Shown here one piece after another: positions 12,438-26,100 of a stretch of DNA of 64,000 nt; positions within the stretch are counted from its first letter, which is position 1, and every line of letters begins with the position of its first letter. Source of the stretch: Nemertoderma westbladi (Eukaryota > Animalia > Xenacoelomorpha); the NCBI GenBank assembly GCA_032718475.1, contig JAUCBJ010009158.1:1-64000 (forward strand), written 5' to 3'. The position numbers and the translations under genes are program-made. The notes under the pieces were generated by a model. It was not told where the DNA came from, did no database searches, and worked only from the letters and a program-made list of their open reading frames with translations.

Positions 12438-13836
12438 ATGGATGATCGTGATCCCTTATACAGTTTCAGTGAGGGGGAAACAGCTGAAGAAGAAGTCTCA
12501 GAGTTCCTCGAGGATTCTAACTTAAATGAAACGGTAAGTGGCTCTGTAGATTTATCTTTGATTCGTCCCAATAGCCGTCGGAGGGCCCCTGACTCTATTG
12601 GTACTAACCAAAGGGACGCAGTACCGCAAATCGCGCGGTCTTCCAGCAGTACCAGCTTCAAACGAATATTAGGAGGACATAAATCAGCATTTACAAAAAA
12701 TTATAATATTTTTCTAGCTGGTAGATCGAAATTTAGTAAAGAAGAGCTAAATAAGTTATATTGTGAGTGTACACAACAAAAATTAGAGATACAGGAAATT
12801 TATTCCACAGTCCTCCAATATTTGAGGCAGCAACACGCACGCGAGGAAGCTGATAAGGTATTTAACGAATCAGTTTCGCTCATAGCTTCTATGGAAAACA
12901 AGATAGCCTCAATGCGTGACGCCATAGGTAGTTATGATACGCCAGTGACATCACGTGTTGACCGAAGGCATCCAAATGTAGTTAATCAACCAGCGCAATT
13001 AACCGGTGTTGGTTCTGGGGATGAATTTTTAACCCCTCCCCCTGTCACTAGAGGTACAGTTACATTTCGAGCGGAAAATTTACCGATTGTACCCCTTTCT
13101 GGTAACTCAAATGGAGGATCTTCTTTGTCCTCTAAGGATACCAGAATCTCTAGGATGAGGCAGAATTTGCAAACGATCCCGTTTACTTTCTTTCATCTGA
13201 GTGTGAAACGACCAGACGTAACGCTGTACCAACGCAAGGTATGGTAAACAAACCTTTTAAAGTAACAAGTATGAAAACTGATGCAGCACCAGCAGTGAGT
13301 AGCCTTTTGCGAACATCGACATCAAATAATAATGATGTTCCATTGGTCAAGTCTGCATCAAATTCAAGTGTTTCACAAAACAGTAAATCTAAGAGAATTC
13401 TAACGTGTTTGTTTTGCAAAGGCAACCACCCTATATACAGGTGTGAAACATTTCTGGCACTAAATTGTGATTCACGTGGCGCATATATAGAGAAGGCACA
13501 TATTTGTCGCCGATGTTTAAATCCTAAGCATGAAGCACAAAATTGCCAATCTACTATGGTGTGTCCAATATATGGTTGCACAGGTGATCATAATGTACTT
13601 TTGCATAAGCCTCCTTCAATGCACTCATCTATTAATACTACAAACATTATTGCAGTTTCAGACGATGATGTTTTGAATCAGACTGAAACGAATTTGTCAT
13701 CAAATTCAAATATTAATATTTCTTCCTCTTCCATATCACAGAATCCTAGGGCAGTCTCACACACAACAACATTGCCTTCTGTATGGTTGCCAGTTGTTCC
13801 TGTCATGATAACGATAAACTCCCTATCCATTTCTAC
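12438..13836 (+). pseudogene. gag: BEL-A gag, internally deleted/frameshifted
   Basis: BEL triple zinc knuckle CLFCKGNHPIYRC..CRRCLNPKHEAQNC..CPIYGCTGDHNVLLH, then WLPVVPV. The central DUF1759-type region appears to be missing near 13190. Confidence 0.85.
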
Positions 13837-13847
13837 TACTACTACTA

Positions 13848-16800
13848 CTAGGTCGAGCGAACTCGGACAGTGGAAATGAGATCCTTCCAGGCTTCCCGAT
13901 TCTCCATAGTTGTCGCAATTTCGTTTCTCCCAAGTTCAGTATCCCTTTCAAGTTGATCTATATATGTTATGGCAGGTCGTCCACGACTACGCTTTCCATG
14001 GGTTGGTTGCCAGAGAAGTAGATCTGGTATGACCTCGTCTTTACTTCGCCAGCAGTGCCCACTGAATCTTAATCTGCGTTCACGGAGGGTGGTTGATACA
14101 GGTGGTATTGTACCATAAAGCTCGGCGTTTGTCATGTGTTGTCTCCAGCTGATGTTTAGGGCTGCCCTTAGTAGTCTTGTGTAGCAACCATCAATTCGTT
14201 GTTCAAGTGATTTAGTCAGTGTCCAGGTCTCACCCCCGTATAAAAATACACTTTCCACTGTGGCTCGAAAGAACTTAGTCTTCAGGTGCCTGGAGAGATC
14301 TGATTTCCAGATGGTATCCATTTTTGATAGAGCTACCCAAGCCTTTGCTTTCCTAACTTCTATGTCCTTTTTGCTACTCTCTATCCATGATCCAAGGTAC
14401 TGGAAGTCATCGACCTTCCTTAGTTGATTATTATCAATGGTTGTCAAGTTTCCATCAACATTAAAGGTCATGAATTCGGTCTTGGTAGCATTTATATGCA
14501 ATCCAACCTCCTTAGCAGCCCTCTCCACTTTATTTAGTAGAAGCTGTGCATCTGCTAGCGTATTAGAGAGCAGGGCGATGTCATCCGCAAAGTCGGTGTC
14601 TGTGACTGTAGTTGCCGGATATCTACTACTTCTGTGTTCTTGAAGTGTGCATCCCAGATCTTCACCCTTTGTGGCCGTCCTCATTGCGTAATCCAGCACA
14701 ATTACAAATAGTAATGGTGCTAATGTGTCACCTTGCAGTACGCCAGCCAGGATTGAGAAAAACTCAGTTTCACCATCTGGTGAGAGTACCTGCGCTTCTG
14801 TGTCACAATATAACAATCCAATGCCAGCAACAATTACTTCTGGTATTCCATAAGCTCTTAGGATTTCAAGCATTTTACCTCTATGGATGGAGTCGAATGC
14901 CTTCTTGAAGTCCACAAAAGTCATGACTGCGGGGAGATTCTTTGACTTAATTCCTTCAATCAGTCTCCGTAGTGCAAGTATCTGAGCTATTGTTGATCTA
15001 CTTGGTCGAAATCCGTTTTGGCTCTTACGCAGTAGTTTCTCTATGTGAGGCCTAATCCTATATAGAATCATTTTATTGTATATTTTGGCAGCTACCACAA
15101 GCAGACAGATCCCACGATAGTTTGTTGGTATGCCGAGGTCTCCTTTCTTGGGGAGAGGCTTTAGTTGACCTTTAGTCCAAATTGGTGGTGGCTTTTCCCC
15201 TTTTAACATCCGGTTGCAAACATTCAATAATGGTCTATTTAGCACTCCGGTTTTCCATACCTCCGCTGGGATTTCATCTAATCCACTCGCTTTATTATTG
15301 GACATGCTTTTAATGCTTCTTTGGAGTTCGGCAGGTGTGAAGTCCCCTGTTTCTATAGGTAGTGTCTTGTCATATATTTTCCTTGTAGGGCTGACCTCGA
15401 TGTTTGGTGGCTGCCCAAGCAAGTTGCTGAAGTGATTTTTCCACTTCCCAACACGTTCTTCAGGACTATCGGCTTTGAGGCGCCCCTTTGCACAACTTTT
15501 CCGACCAGATACCTCATTTACAGTTTGCCAGGTAAGTCTTGATTGTTGCTGTATGTGAGCAGTTGTAATTGCTTCAGTTTTATCCTGTATGTACTTTTCC
15601 TGGCTGATGTTGTAGGCCAATTTAAGATCGTCCTTAGCTTTCTCAACCTTGTTGATGTTTTCGGTTGTTGGTTGTTCGGTTTTAACTTTGTAGGCTATCT
15701 TGAGATCTTCTCTCTTACAAGTAACCTCAGAGTTTTGCCATGGCACATACTGTTTTCGTTTAGGTTTCTGGGGGATATGCCTCTTAGCTGATTCCTTGTG
15801 GGCTGTTATTATATTCTGGTATATTGAATCGGTGGATTGGTCTTCATCCATTGACTGAAGTGCTTCAAAGCGGTTTTGAACTTCTACTGTATAAGCATCC
15901 TTTACAGCATTGTCAGTTCTGAGTTTCTCCCAGTCATAGTTGATTTGCTTGCTTGTCCTGGGTTTGCTGGCTCTCAAACTGAGTCTGATCTCTGCAGTCA
16001 CAATTCTGTGGTCCGAACCAATTAGGTTGAACGAGCTGTATGCCTCGCAGTTGATCATGCTATTTCTCCACTTTTTGTTTATAAGGATGTAATCCAGTTG
16101 TGCTTTGGTTCCATTAGGGTATTGAAAGGTCCATAGCTTCCCCTTACTCTTTTCGAATGTGTTGTTTGTTGGTATCAATTCACATTCTTCCATTAGGTCT
16201 AAAAGTAAGTACCCATTTCTGTTAGAAGTGGTGTTATAGGTGTAACCCTTGATGTCTTCTGGGCCAATTTGCGCATTTAGGTCACCAGCAATGACTTTAA
16301 CATTGTGTTTCGGGATGTCCTTAATAAGTCCAGTCAGTTCTTCATAAAACTTGACTGCTTGTTCTGGCTCTGATGCATTGGTTGGACTGTAGCAACCAAC
16401 ATATAACTGTTGTCTTGGGATTCCCATCAAATGTTGCGATCATAACCCTGGAATTTATAGATTCGATGTTGTTTAGGGTCTTAAGTGCAAATGGGCTTAG
16501 CAGAATTCCTACTCCACCAATTGATGCATTGGCCGAGTTTCTTACTGCTGAGCTTGTTACTAACGTCCATCCATTTCCAATGTCATTGTACTTCATGGCA
16601 GTGTCTTCATGACAAATCCGATGTTCTTGGATGCAGATGATGTCGATGTTATATTCCATTGCTAGAGCGACCATGTCACCCTGTTTGCTCTGTGCTTTCA
16701 GCGTGCGTGCGTTCATTGTAGCAATCTTTAGTGTCTTTTTACATTTCAACAGGTTGGTTCTTCTTTCTTCTCTGTCTTCTGTTCCAGTAGCCAATTTATC

Positions 16801-16944
16801 GACCCCAGCCTGGTGTACCACTGAGGGACGCGGTCCTTGTTGACCCGGGCGACGACCGAGCCGGTATTTCTCCTGGAGGGTTCTCATACTCATATCTTTC
16901 AGTTGCGGGAGTAAACCGCTTGTGGTCGCAACTCCTACAAGCAT
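13848..16944 (-). pseudogene. RTE APE-RT polyprotein, one frameshift near 16400; start codon uncertain
   Basis: IATMNARTL, ICIQEHR, AGDLNA, QLDYIL and SDHRIV (APE); FVDFKKAFDS, GVLQGDTLAP, FADD and FQYLGS (RT); RLRFSGHCWR..RSRGRP RTE C-terminus. Confidence 0.95.
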
Positions 16945-17136
16945 CTTCGCAGTAGGTCGCCGTTGGTTGATTACCTTCCGCCGACCTTGTCAGCATGTCT
17001 CCTATATGTTCCTCCTATATGTTCCTCCTATATGTTCCGATAAGCTGTAGGCCTGCCGACAATAAGACCAAGAAAGATACCGGTACTAGGCCTATACAGT
17101 TTTTATCCCTGAGTCAGACTACAGCCAGACAGCACA

Positions 17137-20100
17137 ATGTCCCCGCTCTTAATCTCCACAGTTTTCATCGTTCTGGGTCGTTTCGTTGTGGCAGAACCAT
17201 CCGATCCGCGGGGTAACCCTGCAACCCACCCAATACCCGTATTGGACTGGTTTGCGGAACACCCTGTCGCTACCGTTTCGAACTGCCGCGCCGAATCGAC
17301 GGAGATGTGGTCGACGAGTGGATTTAGCCTCTACTGCTCTCGTCGGGGAAGAAGATCTTGGGTCTCCTCTCCACGATCTAGAGGCCTAATCGCTAAACTC
17401 TGTCTACTGTCTCTGGCTGGGGATATTGAGACCAACCCAGGACCCAGCAGGACGCGGGCCCCGAAGATCAACTGTCCCGTCTGTCAACGAGGAACAAACT
17501 CTCGGAGTAAGATCGTCCAATGCGAGAGTTGTGACACATTTGTACATTTAAAATGTTACCGTAGGAAACGCAGTAATTTATTCTCCACCAGAAACAATCT
17601 TGAGCCAAGTTTTCTTTGCAATAGCTGTATTTTTACCGAACTTCCCTTTCATGATACAATTTTAGAATCAGAAACCGACGATTCATTTCTCACATCGCCT
17701 CTGCAAACTCCAAGTGATGCTGAGAGTGAAACTTTTAATTTTTTTAAGAAAAAAGGTCTGCATTTTTTGCACTTAAACGCACGATCTCTGCTTCCAAAAC
17801 TTTCCGAAATTCGTATTTTAATCAATAAATCCAACCCAGCAGTTTTAACAATCTCTGAAACTTGGCTCGATGATAGTGTTTCTGATGGAGAAATTTATAT
17901 TGATAATTACGTAGTTTTACGTAAGGATAGGGACAGACACGGTGGTGGTGTCTGTACTTACATTCGATGTGATTTAGCTTTTAATCGTAGGGAAGATTTA
18001 GAGACTTGTGACGAAGTTTTACTGGTGGAACTTTTACTTCCTAAAACTAAACCTATTTTAATCGGTACTTTATATCGGCCCCCTAAACAATCAGATTTTT
18101 TGCAAAATTTTGAAAATACAATTTTATGTAATCTTAGGTCAGACTGTGAAATATATTTCTTAGGTGATTTTAATATCTGTTACCATCACAAAGCATCCCC
18201 CATCTGTAAACAGTACCAAAGTATTTTAAATTTGTTTGGTTTAAAACAAATTATTCGAGATTCTACCAGAATTACCAGTAAAACTTCTACTTTACTAGAT
18301 CACATCCTTTGTAATAATACCGATATTATTTCTCAATCTGGGGTTTTACCTATAGGACTAAGCGATCATTTTATAGTTTTTTGCACAAGAAAGACACAAA
18401 AATCTTTTTTCGGGGATCATAAAACAGTAACAGTTAGGTCTATGAAAAATTACAGCAAGGAACGCTTTTTAAGTTTGTTAGTTAATTCTGACTGGGAACC
18501 CTGTTTTAAGGCCGCTGACATTAACCTTGCGTACACTGTTTTTAAAGATATATTTTTAAAGGCACTTAATACTGTAGCACCAATTAAAGAAATTAGTCTT
18601 AAACAACGCACTGAGCCCTGGATGACCTCGGGTATTCTTAGTAATATCAGAGAAAGAGATAACTATTTGTATAAATTTAGGAAATACCGTGTTTTAGCTG
18701 ATTATAATAATTACTGCAAATATAGAAACCTTGTCCAACGGGAAATAAAAAAAGCTAAATCTGAATATTTGTACAACAAAATAAGTGAGAATAAAGATAA
18801 TCCAAAAAGTCTATGGTCTACCCTAAAATCTTTAGGTTATAAAAACCTTAAATCTAAATCGAATATTGTTCTGCAAGATAACGGTGAGCTGATTCATGAT
18901 CATACTCTAGTTAGTAATTTATTTAATAATTATTTTACTAATGTTGCCTCTAATTTAGTTAAGAAATTACCGTTATCAAGTAATAAATATAGTATAGGGT
19001 CCGAAACTCTAAATAATTTTTATTTAGAAAAGTTACAAAATTCAGAAAAGTTATTTTTAAAACCCGTTTCTGAGGATTTCGTTTTTAAAAATCTACTTAG
19101 CCTATCAGCCTCAAAAAGTACCGGTCTAGATCTAATACCTGCCCGTTTTCTTAAGGATGGTGCTGAAGTACTTAAAGTGCCTATTACTTTTATTATTAAT
19201 TACTCTATCGTAGATAATGTAGTACCAGACGAACTGAAATTAGCTAAGGTTGTTCCTCTGTATAAAAAGAATAGTAAAGTAGAACCCTGTAATTACAGAC
19301 CTGTTAGTATCTTAAGTATTGTATCTAAAATTCTAGAACGTTCTGTTTTTCTACAGCTGGAGGCACATCTTAGTAGGCTAAATCTGATCTATGAACTTCA
19401 GTCCGGTTTTCGTAAATCATATTCTACAGACACCTGCCTTATTAACTTAACTGATACAATTAGATGTAATAACGCAAAGGGTTTATATACTGGTATGGTA
19501 ATGTTGGACCTACAAAAGGCTTTCGATACTGTAGATCACGAAATTCTGCTTGGTAAGTTAGGCCTGATGGGTGTAGGTTCTATAGACTGGTTCAAGTCCT
19601 ACCTGTCAGACAGAGGTCAAACTGTAGTCATTAGCAAATCGCTGTCTACTGTACAAGAGATTACCTGTGGTGTACCGCAAGGTAGTATATTAGGTCCTCT
19701 GCTTTTTGTATGCTATGTAAATGATATGATAAGTAGTATAGATCCCGATTTTAAACTCATTTTATATGCCGACGACAGTGCTCTTATTTTCTCTCATAAA
19801 GATCCTATCCATATTTCCCAAAAGTTAAGTGCAGTTCTAGAATCCTGTAATGAGTGGTTGGTTGATAATAAGCTATCCATTCACTACGGTAAAACTGAAA
19901 GTATTTTGTTTGGTTCCAAAAGAAAGTTAAAGAAGGTAACTAAGTTTGAAGTCACTAGTAATGGACATAAGATTGAAAATAAAAAGGAAGTTAAATATTT
20001 AGGCGCCACATTGGATAACTGCTTATCAGGAGAAAGTACAGTGAAAAATATTTTCTCGAAAGTTAACAGTAGGCTTAGGTTTCTATACAGAAATAAAAAT

Positions 20101-21745
20101 AGTTTGAACACCGACTCCCGCAAGTTACTTTGCTCTTCTTTAATACAGTGTCACATGGACTATGCGTGCTCTTCTTGGTATGAAGGCTTAACCAAACAGC
20201 TTAAATGTAAATTACAAGTAGCTCAGAATAAAGTAGTACGATTTATTAAAGACTACAAACCTAGGCACCACCTAACTCCAGATGACTTTTCTGAATCTGG
20301 ACTACTTAACTTAGATAGTAGAGTTAAGCAGCTACGCCTTAACCATGTGCATAAAGTGTATAATGGTAAATGTCCCAATTACCTAAAACAAAAATTCAAC
20401 AGAGTACGCGATACACACTCTTACAGTACCAGAGCTAGTGCTTCAAACTTCTACCTCCCGAATTGTAAATCCTTCGAATCTGATACTTTCTTTTTTAACG
20501 GTATTAAAAATTGGAAGGCTCTGCCTAATGAAATTAAAAACCTAAATAATCAACATTCTTTTAAGGGGGGGTAGCGCATTTTCTGACCAAAAAGACGAAT
20601 TTTTGAAACATATCCTATCTGATGCAGAATTTCATGCTGAATCCAAATATGGAAACCGTTTTCCCATATCTTGCTTAGTTTTCGAGATACCATGGATAGA
20701 AGATACTGGCTCCGATATATCGCGATATCGGTAAAGGCGATGAAGTTTGGGTTTGCATTCAATTTCTGCAAATTTCTGTGCTCATTGGCGCCAATTGGAT
20801 GTCTCCACGAGAAAGAGCACAAAATTTTAGTTGAGAAGGTATTTTTTTATGATTATTGGACCAACGTTTCAGTTTATAAGACAACTTCAAGTCTCCGGAA
20901 TGAAGATGGGACTCGAATAAGCGACTCGCGGTCTTTGCGGGATTACACGGAATAGACTTATCGGTCATCGGAGATCTTCAAAATGTATAATCTCCAGTTC
21001 TAGTGGTCGTACGAAGTTTGTTTTAGGCTCATTCGAAAGCTCTTTTCTTAGAGAACAAAGTTACCATTTGATTTAAGATAAAATTGTTGTAAAGCAACAT
21101 AACATGAATTTGGGTAAAATATGCCTTGCAAATTTTGTTCAAGTTATGATTGCTTAGGCAGCTTTCAAGAGTTCGCCAAACCAAATGGTAACTTTGGTCT
21201 CTGAGAAAAGAGCTTTCGAATGAGCCCAAAACGAACTCTGTACGACCACTAGAACTGGAGATTATACATTTTGAAGATCTCCGATGACCGATAAGTCTAT
21301 TCCGTGTAATCCCGCAAAGACCGCAGAGTCGCTTATTCGAGTCCCGTCTTCATTCCGGAGACTTGAAATTGTCTTATAAACTGATCAGTAGGTCCTATTA
21401 ATCATAAAAAAATACCTTCTCAATTAAAATTTTATGCTCTTTCTCGTGGAGACATCCAATTAGCACAGAAATTTGCAGAAATTGAATGCAAACCCCAAAC
21501 TTCATCTCCTTTACCGATATCGCGATGTATCGGAGCCAGTATCTTCTATGCCAGATATCTCGAAAACTAAGCAAGATATGGGAAAACGGTTTCCATATTT
21601 GGATTCAGCATGAAATTCTGCATCAGATAGGATATGTTTCAAAAATTCGACTTTTTGGTCAGAAAATGCGCTTAAATCTGCAGTTAAATCTCACCTCCGT
21701 GTGCAATGTAAAAATAGGTACAATAGTCCTACAGTAAGTTATTAG
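17137..21745 (+). CDS. LINE polyprotein: leader, 2A-like peptide, PHD, APE, RT; last codons separated by a MITE
   Basis: Open for 1145 codons with GDIETNPGP, a PHD cluster, HLNARSL, SETWL, GDFN, SDH, DLQKAFD, GVPQGS and YADD. Removing 20565-21675 restores [14 protein letters not shown] (TAG 21743-21745). Confidence 0.95.
17401..17445 (+). other. 2A-like StopGo (ribosome skipping) peptide [15 protein letters not shown]
   Basis: Exact match to the D(V/I)ExNPGP consensus with the typical LLxLAG upstream context, in frame. Confidence 0.9.
20565..21671. mobile_element. Foldback-type MITE with ~500-bp TIRs, TTAA TSD and GGGG terminus (Sola3- or Kolobok-like)
   Basis: 20573-~21072 is the reverse complement of ~21181-21671 with a ~110-bp spacer. 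TTAA at 20561-20564 and 21672-21675. Confidence 0.9.
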
Positions 21746-22458
21746 TTTATTAATTATTTACTATTTATACTGTAATTACGTTTTATAATAAATTGTTCTG
21801 TACATTACATCTTTATCGTTGAGTCGGGCATTGTCACGCTCTCGGTAAAGTTGTACATGTACATAGTGTAATTACGTTTTATATTGGTTTTAGGTTAGCG
21901 TAGTGTAATATTGTATTTGTAACCAAGTAACATAAAGGACCCCCTTGGAAATAAGCTGCAAAGCTTTAGGGGTAATCCTATATGTTATGTTGGACAATAC
22001 CTTTATACCGGTACATTGTTTGGTGTATTTGTTATTGTTTTTACATAATGTATAAATAAATCTATCTATCTATGTCTAGCCGTTGGTTGATTACCTTCCA
22101 CCTATCCATGGCCTACAGCCCTGCTGCCGACTGTAGGGGTCCATTTGTTACACCCTGAACCAAGTGTGCCTCCTGGGTTAGGTTACCTAACACTGGTAGA
22201 GGAGCATCCAGTATAGACAGGGCGGGGCTTGTATCATCTCTAATGCAGATGCGTATCAAGCCTTTGCCTTCAATGGTGCCCTAGGAGCTATAACCCTCAA
22301 TGACTTATTTAGTTGACAGGGCTGAACCAACCCACTCTTGGTCAACTAAATAATGAATAGGCTATGCTTATCGGGCCTGCCCTACTGGGCTGACAGCTAC
22401 AGGTAGTACCACATTACTGCCATAGTGGTAGCAGGATCTGGGGACCTGACCTGACCCG

Positions 22459-22819
22459 ATCCATTTCTACCTACGCATTATTGGATGGAGGAAGTACAAC
22501 ATCACTTATAGATAAGTTTGTTATTGACTATCTTGGAGTTCAGGTAAGTTACAATATTAACCTTAATGTTAAAGCTGTGTTTAATTCCACTGTCGGAAAA
22601 GCAGGTAAGGTTGATTGTTCCATATGCCCTCTACCAAACAAGTTAGGAGCAAATGAAGGTTACACGTTGGAAGCAGAACAAATGTATGTGGTTGATAATT
22701 ACAAATATGATTATAATTACAACGTGAACCAAATTAACTTAGGACAATGGCCTCACACAAGTAAATTGTTGCCAGAATTAAGTCAACAGGAGATTATTGA
22801 TATTCCGCAAGTAACAATT
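22459..22819 (+). pseudogene. BEL-A aspartic protease segment
   Basis: YALLDGGSTTSLI; continues after 27374 as LLGRDYP. Confidence 0.9.
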
Positions 22820-23070
22820 TATACGATTATCAAAACGCTCACTCTGTCAGTTCTATTATTCGTAGTTCGTTGTAATGTTAGGTAGGCCTACTATATTATC
22901 CAAACACATAGACCAGTACCGTACCGGTAACACTATACCAACTACTGAACTACAGGTACCTACTTCCGTACTTAAGCCCGTCAGTCCCTCCTTCACCTAA
23001 CCAGTACCGGTAACACCCTAACCCTCGTCAGTTCTAGCCCTCTATACTGTATGTATATTATATTCTTATA
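22820..23070 (-). repeat. Gypsy-2 3' LTR
   Basis: Direct repeat of 27119-27369. Confidence 0.96.
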
Positions 23071-23121
23071 TTACCCCCAGTTTATATATAAACTCAATGT
23101 TTTTTATTATTTCACAATCCT

Positions 23122-26100
23122 TCAATCTGGGACAAATCTATTGGGTGGCCTTGACTCTCTTCCACATCGAGTTGTAATATATCGCCGATTGTCATCAACA
23201 TCATCATCACTACTATCGTCGTCAACTACATCGTCATCACTACTATCATCCCCACCTTGAATATCATTCTGATCATCAATATACTGTATGGTTTCTCTAT
23301 CATCATCTAAATTATCGTAATATGATGAGTCCTCTGAATCACCATCTATCATTTCCTCTCCATCGGATTATCTTGTCGTCTGCCTAGAGTTAACTTCACT
23401 CTCTATATTTACTTTTCTAACATCTTGTAAATGACGTCTAACTTTGTTCACTATAACCGAGCGTTCGTCTGGCACTCCTTCAACTTTAACTGGTCCATTC
23501 CACCTTTTATAACATCTCCACCTTTGATCCGGTTTCACATATACTAATTCTCCAATTTTGATTGGTGTGTTTTGTATTTCTTTTTCTTCTTTCAATTTCG
23601 TTACACCTGGTAATTTTATTTCACGACTTTCCATCATTTTTTGTAAAGGGCTCTCCTTGCCTTTCGTAGAACTCCTGTTATACCAAAAAGTTTGTATTGG
23701 GTTCTTCTTTGATCTTGCCGCCCATGCCTTTATTGTGCGGTGCATTCTCTCTACCGGATTTCCCTTAGGCCGGTATGCACAAGAAGGTTTCAGTTTCACC
23801 TCCCATATGCTTAAAAAGTTTTTAAATTCTTGACTTCGAAATGCGGGCCCTTGATCTGGAATCAGTTCCTCTGGTGGACCCCATTCTATAAATACTCTTT
23901 GGAGCGCTTTAATCGCCTGGTTACTTGTCTTATCTGGTACTTTATTCCAAATAGTAAAGTTTGAGCTGCAATCCATGACAGTTAAGTAGCAGCTTGATTC
24001 ATAGTCTGAAAAGTCAACGGACATTCGTTCCCATATATTTTCAGTTTTACAACTTCCTTCTTGATTCACTTTCACTGGAATTGGGTCGATACTTTTACAA
24101 TCGTTGCAATTCTTGCACACTTCCATAATGATGTCTTTGTGCTTATCGCCTTCTTTTAACTTGCGGTCTACTTCACATAATTGTGCGAGTCTACTAGATC
24201 CTATATGTGCAATTTCATGCAGTTCTTTCACTCTCTTCGCTATATTAACCTCATCATTGCCAATCTCGGTATTTTCTGTGACTGTTAATGCAGCAATTAC
24301 TTCTTTTTTATTTAGCCATTGTTTTGGAACACGTGTTAAACAATCTGCTTGATTTTTCTTTGATGTTACTAGTTGTATTGTTGTTTTCAGTTCGAATTCT
24401 TGTACTGTTTTCCTTAGAAGTTCCAATCGACGCCTTATTAACATTTTTGACATTCCATTTGTCCTTATTCTGTGTTCGTCATTTAACACAGCCTTTACCC
24501 ATGAATATACGGTTGCAGAATCTGTAAAAATTTTAATATCTTTCAGTTCCCATTCAATAGCCATATTTATTCCTGCTATTATCGCACTTAATTCGGCCGA
24601 GTTAATATGCTCAGCATCGTTGCTTTTCCTTAGCCATGAGCCATCCTCCGCTATGTGTCCTCCAATCTTTATCATTGCCCCTATGGCCAAGTTACTAGCG
24701 TCCGCCCATACCTCTCCCTGCTTACTGTCACTAATGGGCCACGTACCACCAACTGGGTCCTCTCGTTGAACTCGTCTAATAACTTCGAGTAGTTTCTCTC
24801 TCACTCCTTCATCGATTTGTGAATCCATAGGAATTTCAGCTGCCTGACGTTGTAGCCAGCTCAATGCTACCCTCAACCAACCACCAACTAGATAATTACC
24901 TCGTAATTGTCCTACAACTGATAGAAGTTTCCTATGAGTTATAGGTGTCACTAGGTTCGCTGGGTCCGGTAATTCACAGTCACGTCTCCATTTCCCCCCT
25001 TGAACATGTACTCCTAGAACTCTAGCTCCTTCCTTAATCATCACTGCATCCTTGGATTCAAGCCCATAATTTGCTAGATGTTGCTTAATGTCATTTGCAG
25101 TTTTTAATCTTAGGTCCACATATACGTCATCCCTAAAGCTGTCAGTTGATTCTAGAATCTTTGTATCCTGTTCTAGAACTTTCTCTACGATATTATCCAA
25201 TATCTTGGGTGCAGGCCCCAACCCAAATCCCAGTCTGGTCATGCAGTATATTTTACCTTTGTATTTCACGGTTTGATATACATGTAGCGACGTTTTTACT
25301 CTGATTTGCATATATGCCCACTTGAGATCTATAATTGCAGTATCTTCCCCCATTCTAATCCATTTCCTTAATTTTTCCACACTCGCTGCTGCATCTACAC
25401 CAGGTTGCTTTATCAGATATTCGTTTAGTTCTCTAAAGTCCATTATCGGCCGTACCCTGTCTTTTCTAGGTTCATTCTTACCCATTAGGGGAATAATCGC
25501 TTTATATTCCCCATGAATCTCTGCCAGCCATCCCCGATCAATCCACTCTTGAACACCCTTCTCATACTTACTTCGTAGCTCCTCAGGTATGTAATATTCC
25601 GTTTTTGTGTTATTTAATTTCTCTGGTGGAATACCCCCTTCAAATTTATATTCCACCTCCCAACATTTCCCATCGAAATTTGCAGTAAAATCATTCTTCT
25701 CAATCCGGATGACTGGTTCACTAACCGTCCTTGTCATTCCCACTACTACTGGTGCTTGTTCTGGACCCACATTTACTTTCACTTTCCCATTCGCTGAAAC
25801 TATAAATGACACACCGCCAACCTTTTTTATTAAGTCCCAACCGAATATCATATTCGCGTCTCCAACTATTCTATCAACTACCAGAAACTCCCAGCTCATC
25901 TGCGGCAACCCATCTATTTGCAACCCTGTTCTAAATGTTCCTACCCCATTTGCGGATGAAGTCCCATCTAACATTGTTATTGCTGTCTTCCCGGCTGATT
26001 TATTAAAAACGCCATTAATCTGTTCCGCAAATTCCATACGTAATATGCTCTGGGAACACCCTGAATCAACAAATGAATCCACCATTTTCCCACCGCAGTT

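Larger units (their letters stand above)
16980..22078 (+). mobile_element. CR1/L2-group (Crack/Daphne-like) LINE, single ORF with 2A-like peptide
   Basis: 21-bp TSD GCCGTTGGTTGATTACCTTCC (16959-16979, 22079-22099). 3' stem-loop GGACCCCCTTGGAAATAAG..AGGGGTAATCC. AATAAA plus (TCTA)n tail. Confidence 0.95.
13837..22458 (-). mobile_element. RTE-clade LINE, apparently full length, 5' UTR interrupted by another LINE
   Basis: 12-bp TSD ATCCATTTCTAC (13825-13836, 22459-22470). (TAG)n tail begins at the ORF stop codon. Single APE-RT ORF. Confidence 0.95.

Noticed and set aside
20550-21737. Short ORFs on both strands of the palindromic MITE
   Set aside because: Mirror-image products of the inverted repeat; no transposase motifs.
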